Virus record (IMG/VR): IMGVR_UViG_3300027758_000008
Location: 1-64,000 of that record
DNA length: 64,000 nt
Reading direction: 5' to 3' (one strand)
DNA from: a virus
Shown here piece by piece: positions 57,246-64,000 of the stretch; within the stretch, counting starts at the first letter, position 1, and every line of letters begins with the position of its first letter. Under the pieces are notes generated by a model. That model ran no database searches and had not been told where the DNA came from. It worked only from the letters and a program-made list of their open reading frames with translations. The position numbers and the translations under genes are program-made.

Positions 57246-59498
57246 CTAATGCGCCTTAATTCGATATTTCACAGTTTTTCGCCGGTTCCTGTTTTCTGAT
57301 TCATACTCATAATTTTCTACCAGTCCTTTTTCGGTTAATGCCTCCAGAACGCTTCTGACCTCCTCTTTTTTGTGCGGCCTGCAGCGGTTAAATATAACAC
57401 CCTGAGTTTCACCGTCAGCGCTGTTTTGTAGTATGTCTTGAATTTTTACGGCGATAGAATCGTTTGGCGACTCGTCTTTAGTAATGTTAGAAAGCGCCAG
57501 TCGCATTTTACGCTCGCAATCAGACTTAGCTAATGCGTAAGCCCATTCTACGTGTTCAAGCGTTCTAACGCCTTCGCTGATAGATAAAACGAAGCTGACC
57601 TTTGCGCATAGCTCATAGCCACGTCTAGGGATAGCTTCCAATCCGCTGTCTTTCGCATCCTCTGCCATTTGCCAGAACTCGTCTATTATTTCATCAAGCC
57701 TGTCTGCAGCATCATCCATTGTGCTAATTGGCTTTTTGTCTGCGTAGTTTTCTATGCGCGTTCCACCCAACACGTCAAACTCGCCTAATGCGAACAGCTG
57801 GCTTAATTGCGCTGCCAAGTGCGCTGGTAGTTCTTTTTGCGTGCGTTTTCGGTTTGGTTTCGGATTGGTCTCAGGTTCGTCAAATATCATTGCGCGTGAT
57901 AAAAACCCGTTAGTGGCTGTCTCAAAGTCAATCAGGCTATTAAAGGTGACGGGCGTTGTGTAGCCTATAACAGAAAGAAACGGAGCCTCGATGCCGCTTG
58001 AAATATTATTAAGTGCGCGTTGTATCTGTGGAACCCTCCTGGCGCATACGCCGCTTGAATCCTCATTTTCTTCTATGCGCTTTTCACATGATGACAATTC
58101 ATTTTGTAGCTCTACGCGTAACGCCTCCTTTACGTCTCCACTAACGGGAAGGAATGAATCTGCTTTGCTGTAGCCACTCATAATTAAGCCGATAACACCC
58201 TCAAGGTATGACGCGTTGCGGCTGTTCATTATCTTACGCAGTACCAGTCCCATCTCGTCGATGCTATAGAAAGCGGCCTGGTGTCGAGTAAGGTTTCTTA
58301 CTATTTCTTGTTCCGACTTAATGGCGCCATGCATCGCATCAATTAAACCTGCTGCGCGTAAACAGTCAGCGAAGCATTGCTGTATATGCTCTTTGCCAGT
58401 GGAGGAGCCAGCAACGCAGAAGCTAATAAGATTTGCGGTCATACCGTCGCGCTCGTCGATGTATTTTAGGCCAGCTATATTGCCAACCGCCTGAAGCGCT
58501 GCAGCAACTGCCAGGTTTTCGCGCTTGTAACGTGAGCTATCGTTTATCCATTTTGCAATCTCTCCCACAAGACCAGGCGGGCGCTTCAAGTCAACCATTG
58601 GATTAGAACCGGTTGGCTGCTCGTCGTATTCAAAGGTCACTGGCTGTTTGTATCCGCCCTCTTCTGCGTAATGAATAAGCGTGCCCATTTGAACTGGGTT
58701 ACTGCATTTACCAAAGCTGTGCCAGTGGCGCTGTATGACATCAAAGCCAGGGTACTTTTCGCCTCGACTGCTCCATGTATCGAATATGTCGATACCATCA
58801 CCGTTAAATGTGTGATGGATAGCCATGCCGCATCGTATCCAGGTATCGTAGTCAGTGTCTGGTGAAATGTAAGACAGGATATCCGAACACTGTTGCTGTG
58901 TCATATCAATAACGCCACGGGGGGTGTGGGCGCGATATGTGTCTGGTTTCTTTAGTAGCTGCAGCAAACCGGCAGGAGGATCTGAAATGTCTGACGCGCT
59001 ACCATGCAGGACTTCATACTCCATGCCGCTTTTATGTAACGAAGATGGACCAACTACATACCCGCTACTTTTAAAATCAATACCTCTGTATTTCTCATGA
59101 TGCTGCTTTAGTGCGGCGCCACTGCCATTTTTAAAGTAAAGGTGCATGGAGCCATTCCCGCTACCTGTAGCAACTACTAGTCCGGATTCACTTAACAAGT
59201 CGCAGTCAAGGTCGTGACAAAGCTTCACAAACGAGTCCACACCGCCATTCCTTGCATCAACATCTATTACTAGTAAACCAGATACCAGAACACCGTAACC
59301 GGTAGAAAAGTGGCCCATTTCCTCCATGGTTTCTAATTGCTCGTCTGACCAATCTGGGGTGTGCTGCCAATTGCTATTGCATGGGTGCTTTCCTATAGCC
59401 TCACATTCTTGGTCTCCACAAGCGCACTTGCCATTAATAATTTGGTGCAAGCCAAATACCTTGTAGCCTTCTTCCACGAAGTCGTAATGATTAGCCAT
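57246..59498 (-). CDS. Prim-Pol primase with PriCT-2-like and C-terminal ATPase-like domains
   Basis: GKHP, VIDVD.RNGG, H.YF, PSS.H.SG; YDTWIRCGMA...WS...KY; SSTGKE and IDEMG. Confidence 0.8.
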   Translation of the reverse strand: MANHYDFVEEGYKVFGLHQIINGKCACGDQECEAIGKHPCNSNWQHTPDWSDEQLETMEEMGHFSTGYGVLVSGLLVIDVDARNGGVDSFVKLCHDLDCDLLSESGLVVATGSGNGSMHLYFKNGSGAALKQHHEKYRGIDFKSSGYVVGPSSLHKSGMEYEVLHGSASDISDPPAGLLQLLKKPDTYRAHTPRGVIDMTQQQCSDILSYISPDTDYDTWIRCGMAIHHTFNGDGIDIFDTWSSRGEKYPGFDVIQRHWHSFGKCSNPVQMGTLIHYAEEGGYKQPVTFEYDEQPTGSNPMVDLKRPPGLVGEIAKWINDSSRYKRENLAVAAALQAVGNIAGLKYIDERDGMTANLISFCVAGSSTGKEHIQQCFADCLRAAGLIDAMHGAIKSEQEIVRNLTRHQAAFYSIDEMGLVLRKIMNSRNASYLEGVIGLIMSGYSKADSFLPVSGDVKEALRVELQNELSSCEKRIEENEDSSGVCARRVPQIQRALNNISSGIEAPFLSVIGYTTPVTFNSLIDFETATNGFLSRAMIFDEPETNPKPNRKRTQKELPAHLAAQLSQLFALGEFDVLGGTRIENYADKKPISTMDDAADRLDEIIDEFWQMAEDAKDSGLEAIPRRGYELCAKVSFVLSISEGVRTLEHVEWAYALAKSDCERKMRLALSNITKDESPNDSIAVKIQDILQNSADGETQGVIFNRCRPHKKEEVRSVLEALTEKGLVENYEYESENRNRRKTVKYRIKAH

Positions 59499-59499
59499 G

Positions 59500-59739
59500 T
59501 TATTGCTCCACCCAAGTTAACACGTCTGGCCGCAACTCCTCTTTTTTGAAGTAGCCTTTTGTCAGCCTTTCAACTTCTATAGCCATGGTCGCTGGTATCC
59601 TCCCTCTTTTTTCCCAATACTGCACAGCTTGTCTTGTTACGTTAAGCTGCTCAGCAAGCCTGGCCTTACTTCCTACCCATTCTATGAGCCGGTTAAGCTC
59701 AACCCTTTGCTGTATCTCTATATGTTTAGCTGATTTCAT
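59500..59739 (-). CDS. Cro/YdaS-like HTH protein
   Basis: GSKARLAEQLNVTRQAVQYW...IP...LRPD. Confidence 0.8.
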   Translation of the reverse strand: MKSAKHIEIQQRVELNRLIEWVGSKARLAEQLNVTRQAVQYWEKRGRIPATMAIEVERLTKGYFKKEELRPDVLTWVEQ

Positions 59740-59778
59740 ATTTTTACCTGATGTTTTACATTTTATTTTACAAAGTGT

Positions 59779-59808
59779 TTGACAAGCATAATTCAATAGT
59801 TCTATGAT
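59779..59808 (+). promoter_or_regulatory. Sigma70-type early promoter B
   Basis: TTGACA-18-TATGAT. Confidence 0.65.
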
Positions 59809-59841
59809 TACAACCGTTGAAGAGAGAAAGAGGAGGATATT

Positions 59842-60606
59842 ATGTCTTTACTATCAACAGTGTCTAAACCAAAAAACCGGCCTGTCATAGCCACTTTTCT
59901 AGGTGACTCGGGCCTTGGCAAAACATCAACCGCCGCAACATTCCCAAAGCCAATTGTTATTCGTGCTGAGGATGGACTGCAGGCAATCCCAGAAGCGCAT
60001 CGCCCTGATGCATTCCCAACATTAACCAAAGTCGACGACTTATGGGAGCAATTGACAGCGCTAGTTAAAGAGGAGCACAACTATAAAACATTGGTTGTTG
60101 ATTCTGTTACTGCGTTAGAGCGTTTATTTATTCAGCATGTCATTGAAAGTGACCCAAAACAGCCTCGATCAATCAACCAGGCATTAGGCGGATACGGTGC
60201 GGGGCTTGCAGCAGTGGCAGCCATGCATCAGCGTGTGCGAAAAGCGTGTGGTGTCCTAAATGAGCGCAAAGGTATGCATGTTGTATTTATCGGCCATGCC
60301 GACACAGAAACGATTGAGCTGCCAGACCAGGACGCTTACACGCGGTATAGCTTGCGCCTTGGTAAGAAGTCAGTAGCGCCTTATGTTGATGATTCTGACA
60401 TTGTAGGCTTCATTAAGCTAACCACATTCACTACAGGCGATGGTGAGCGCAAAAAGGCAATTTCTGACGGAAGCCGTCAGCTTGTTTGTTATGCGACTGC
60501 CGCAAACGTATCAAAAAACCGCTTTGGCATTACGGATGATATTCCTGTTGAGCTAGGCAAAAACCCATTAGTTAACTTTGTTCCATCATTAAAAGAAGGT
60601 AAATAA
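59842..60606 (+). CDS. Sak4-like ATPase (AAA_24) recombinase
   Basis: GDSGLGKT, TLVVDS, IGH, KNRF. Confidence 0.78.
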   Translation: MSLLSTVSKPKNRPVIATFLGDSGLGKTSTAATFPKPIVIRAEDGLQAIPEAHRPDAFPTLTKVDDLWEQLTALVKEEHNYKTLVVDSVTALERLFIQHVIESDPKQPRSINQALGGYGAGLAAVAAMHQRVRKACGVLNERKGMHVVFIGHADTETIELPDQDAYTRYSLRLGKKSVAPYVDDSDIVGFIKLTTFTTGDGERKKAISDGSRQLVCYATAANVSKNRFGITDDIPVELGKNPLVNFVPSLKEGK

Positions 60607-60608
60607 TT

Positions 60609-61130
60609 ATGTCATTTTGGAATCTATCAGATAACAGCGAAAACCTGCAAAACAACAACGGAACATTCGACGCTGGCGGCGGCGAAATGGAGCCAATCCC
60701 AAAAGACACGCAAGTAAAGGCGGCGTGTGAAGAAGCTAAGTGGGATTCATACGAAGGTGATGAATACATCAATCTTAAATGGACGGTCCTGGCGCCAGCG
60801 GAATATAAAAACCGCAAAATCTTTCAGAAAGTGCGCGTTATGGATTCTGACACCAAAAAAGCGGACAAGGCAAAGCGTATGCTTGCTGCGATTGCCGCCA
60901 ATGCTGGTGGCGGGTTATTGAAAGTTGAAGGCAAGCCGACCGATATGGACCTGCAAAAGAACCTAGCAATGAAGCCCATGGCGCTAACACTGCAGGTGTG
61001 GGAGATTGAAAAATCAGACGGCACGGGCAAGGCAAGTGGAAATTGGGTGCAGCAAGTGGCGCCATTAAAAACGCAAGCGCCAGTTGAAGAGGCGCAGAAA
61101 GGTAGCGTAGACCCAGATTTGGGCTGGTAA
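60609..61130 (+). CDS. DUF669-like ssDNA-binding protein
   Basis: Follows the Sak4-like gene; acidic/aromatic C-terminus. Confidence 0.65.
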   Translation: MSFWNLSDNSENLQNNNGTFDAGGGEMEPIPKDTQVKAACEEAKWDSYEGDEYINLKWTVLAPAEYKNRKIFQKVRVMDSDTKKADKAKRMLAAIAANAGGGLLKVEGKPTDMDLQKNLAMKPMALTLQVWEIEKSDGTGKASGNWVQQVAPLKTQAPVEEAQKGSVDPDLGW

Positions 61131-61168
61131 TTTTAATGGGCGGTTCGCCGCCCTATATAGGAGGATTT

Positions 61169-62008
61169 ATGGAGCAACGTACAAACGAATGGTTTCAGGC
61201 TCGTAAAGGCCGCATTACTGGAAGCGTAGTAGGTGCTATTTTAGGGTTGGCGCCTTATATGACGCGTGATGATGTTATGCGTCAAATGGTGCGTGAATAC
61301 CACAATCAGGAGCGTGAGTTTAAAGGCAATGCCGCGACGCAGTGGGGCACGGCAATGGAGGAAACGGCAAAGGCTGATTTTGAAATAACGTGCGGGCACG
61401 ATGTAGAAGATGCGCCGTTTGTCCAGTGGGATGAAGATTGGCTTGGCGCATCACCGGATGGCTACGTTGGTGACAATGAGTTGCTAGAAATAAAATGCCC
61501 GTATGGTTTACGCAATCAATATCCGACCATCTTTAAGAGCATTGATGAGCAGCCGCATTACTATGCTCAAATTCAAATTCAACTGCTTGTTACGGATCGC
61601 ATAGGGTGTTATTTCTGGCAATGGTCACCGCACGGAAATCAATCTGAATACGTTCCGTTTGATCCGCTATGGATTGATGAAAACCTTCCAAGGTTGCGCG
61701 AGTTTTACGCGGAATACTTAAACGAGCGCGAGCACAACGCGTGGAAATACATTACAGGCGGCGAAGTAGCAAAGCGCTACCAATTGGCAAAGGCTGCGCT
61801 TGAAGTGGCTAAAGTCGAAATGGAAGAAGCAAAAGAAGCACTGATAGCTGCCACCAATAACGAAGGTGGGAAGATTGGCGACTTAACTATTACGCGAGTA
61901 AAGAAGAAAGGTGCCGTATCTTATCAGAAGGCACTTAAAGAGTTGGCGCCAGATGCTGACCTAGAAGTTTATCGTGGTAAAGATAGCGAGTATTGGAGGA
62001 TTAGTTAA
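61169..62008 (+). CDS. YqaJ/lambda-exonuclease family nuclease
   Basis: QRT.EW...R.G.IT.S, GASPDG, EIKCP, YYAQ.Q.Q. Confidence 0.88.
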   Translation: MEQRTNEWFQARKGRITGSVVGAILGLAPYMTRDDVMRQMVREYHNQEREFKGNAATQWGTAMEETAKADFEITCGHDVEDAPFVQWDEDWLGASPDGYVGDNELLEIKCPYGLRNQYPTIFKSIDEQPHYYAQIQIQLLVTDRIGCYFWQWSPHGNQSEYVPFDPLWIDENLPRLREFYAEYLNEREHNAWKYITGGEVAKRYQLAKAALEVAKVEMEEAKEALIAATNNEGGKIGDLTITRVKKKGAVSYQKALKELAPDADLEVYRGKDSEYWRIS

Positions 62009-62009
62009 T

Positions 62010-63839
62010 ATGCCATTGCGCGACTACCAACAGGAATCTCTAGATAAAGCGATCGATTGGCTAAAAACGTCTTTTGAGCCTGGAGTTCTAGACCTAGCAA
62101 CTGGAGCAGGGAAAAGCCATATAGTCGCGGCATTGGCAGAATGGGCAAGCAAAGCAAGCGGTAAAAAGGTGCTTTGCTTGGCCCCTTCCAAAGAGCTAAT
62201 AGAGCAGAACAGAGAGAAGTTTTTAGCAACTGGAAATCCTGCCAGTATATTTAGTGGCAGTGCTGGTAGAAAATGTCTAAAACATAATGTTGTGTTTGCG
62301 ACTGAAAAAACCGTGCTGAACGAAATAAACAAATTCTGTGGAAAGTTTGGGTTGATAATTATTGATGAATGCCACCGGATAACGCCGACAATTAAACAGA
62401 TAATTTCACACATAAAAAAACAGAATAACAAGGTGCGCGTTTTAGGGTTAACAGCCACGCCTTACAGGTTAGGCACTGGCTACATTTACCAATACGGGGA
62501 GGACGGGGCGCCAGTTGCTGAAAGCGAAACGCGGGAGCCATATTTTAACAAGTTAATATTCCGAGTTCCTGCGCAACTTTTAATTGACAGAGGCTACCTG
62601 ACGCAGCCGCACGCCGACCCTGACGTTATTGACCATTACGATACGACGGCGTTAGAGCGAAATTCCACCGGAGCATTCACTGCAGCAAGCCAGGAAAAAG
62701 CATACGAAGGTAAGGGTCGGTTAACATCTAAAATAGTTGCCGATATAGTTGAGAAATCTCGCTATAGAATGGGCGTGATTGTTTTCGTGTCGAGCGAAGC
62801 GCACGGGAAAGAAGTAATGGAGTCACTTCCAAAAGAAAACAGCCGCATGCTAACTGGAAAGGTTAGCAAAAAAGAGCGTGAGAGACATATTGCAGATTTC
62901 AAGGCGCAAAAGTTCAAATACTTCGTCAATATCCAGGTATTAACAACCGGATTTGACGCGCCGCATATCGACGTAGTGGCCTTACTAAGACGCACCGAGT
63001 CCGTAAGTCTACTGCAGCAAATGATTGGCCGTGGATTGCGATTGCACGACCATAAAAAAGATTGCTTGGTTTTGGATTATGCAGAGAATATTGAAAATCA
63101 TTGCCCAGATGGTGATTTGTTTAACCCAGATATAAAAGTTTCCGGAGGAACAGGCGATGGCGAGCCTGCAGAGATAATCTGCCCAAGCTGCGGAACTGCA
63201 AATTTATTTAAGTTGCGCCCAAATGATGAAGGGTTTGAATTTGACGAAAACGGGTATCTGATAGATCTTGAAGGTAATCGTATAATGACAGATGAAGACC
63301 AGCCTATGCCAGCACACTGGGGACGCCGGTGCTTTGGTCAATCAATAATTAGAGGAATAAGCGACAGGTGCGAATACAGATGGTCGCACAAGTTGTGCGA
63401 AGATTGCGGCCATGAGAATGACATAGCCGCTAGGGTTTGTGAGCAATGCAAAGGTGAATTGGTGGACCCAAATGAGAAGCTAAAAATTGAGTTCGCCAGG
63501 ATAAAAAAAGACCCATACACCCCAACTATTGACCGTGTTTTGTCATGGAATGTTAGGCTAACAAAGAGCATGAAAGGCAATGAAGTTATACGAGTGACTT
63601 ATGTCACTGAATGCCGTACGTTTGAAATGTTCTACAGCCTGAATATGCGTTATGAATGGGTTCCATTTTGCAGGGCCACACTGGGAAGAATTGTTGAATC
63701 TGAGCAAGATTACATCGAAGCGCATTGGGCTGGTGAAGCGGTAATGCCAGAAAACATAAAAGCATATCGTGAAAATAAAAAATCACGATTTTACAGAATA
63801 GAGGGATATAACTATGAAGATACCGAAGTGGCTGCCTAG
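62010..63839 (+). CDS. Superfamily 2 helicase (YejH/RadD-like) with zinc fingers
   Basis: LRDYQ, ATGAGKS, DECH, TAT, QMIGRGLR, CxxC pairs. Confidence 0.88.
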   Translation: MPLRDYQQESLDKAIDWLKTSFEPGVLDLATGAGKSHIVAALAEWASKASGKKVLCLAPSKELIEQNREKFLATGNPASIFSGSAGRKCLKHNVVFATEKTVLNEINKFCGKFGLIIIDECHRITPTIKQIISHIKKQNNKVRVLGLTATPYRLGTGYIYQYGEDGAPVAESETREPYFNKLIFRVPAQLLIDRGYLTQPHADPDVIDHYDTTALERNSTGAFTAASQEKAYEGKGRLTSKIVADIVEKSRYRMGVIVFVSSEAHGKEVMESLPKENSRMLTGKVSKKERERHIADFKAQKFKYFVNIQVLTTGFDAPHIDVVALLRRTESVSLLQQMIGRGLRLHDHKKDCLVLDYAENIENHCPDGDLFNPDIKVSGGTGDGEPAEIICPSCGTANLFKLRPNDEGFEFDENGYLIDLEGNRIMTDEDQPMPAHWGRRCFGQSIIRGISDRCEYRWSHKLCEDCGHENDIAARVCEQCKGELVDPNEKLKIEFARIKKDPYTPTIDRVLSWNVRLTKSMKGNEVIRVTYVTECRTFEMFYSLNMRYEWVPFCRATLGRIVESEQDYIEAHWAGEAVMPENIKAYRENKKSRFYRIEGYNYEDTEVAA

Positions 63840-64000
63840 TTACGGCGACATGGAATTTAGGGGCAAATGCCCATTAGAAAGCGCTGAGCAGATAACGCTA
63901 TTTAATATTATCAGAAAGCGTTACCCACAAGCTATCCATCCGAGAAATGAAGGAAAGAGAACGCACAACCAAGTTAAGCGTCAAAAAGCGGAAGGTATGA
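63814..64000 (+). CDS. Probable VRR-NUC nuclease, truncated by the window
   Basis: E..EQ...F.......H..NEGKR......K.EG pattern. Confidence 0.55.
   Translation, partial: MKIPKWLPSYGDMEFRGKCPLESAEQITLFNIIRKRYPQAIHPRNEGKRTHNQVKRQKAEGM

Larger units (their letters stand above)
39924..64000. mobile_element. Phage genome unit B (related, mosaic, truncated by window end)
   Basis: Same gene order as A (offset 39923 at the start), with scattered substitutions in structural genes and replaced modules. Confidence 0.9.

Noticed and set aside
39924-64000. Recent tandem duplication or tandem prophage
   Set aside because: The copies are diverged and mosaic, and no integrase, att site or host flank is seen. 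It cannot be fully excluded without reads.
1-64000. Stop-codon reassignment
   Set aside because: Core genes are full length in the standard code and all three stop codons are used.

Overview
The window holds one complete ~39.9-kb tailed-phage genome unit (A, 1-39923), followed head-to-tail by the first ~24 kb of a related but clearly different unit (B, 39924-64000). Unit A is siphovirus-like, with no integrase or CI-type repressor seen; a FadR-bearing gammaproteobacterial host is inferred. Head and tail genes are near-identical between A and B, with scattered, mostly synonymous changes. The terminase, primase/origin, recombination and accessory modules are replaced by unrelated or distant ones. 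Bases 1-127 recur exactly at 39924-40050 and differ at base 128, which suggests a k=127 assembly join of two co-occurring phages. The most notable signal is a candidate regulatory system. The phage encodes an 89-aa protein (29371-29640) that looks like the DNA-binding domain of the host fatty-acid sensor FadR without its acyl-CoA domain. It also carries a family of FadR-box-like 17-mers, (A/C)ACTGGTnnnACCACnn. At five distinct loci (eight copies in the window) the box ends exactly 16 bp before a -10 hexamer and replaces the -35, and these promoters drive accessory genes. All family assignments come from motifs and remembered reference sequences, not from database searches.
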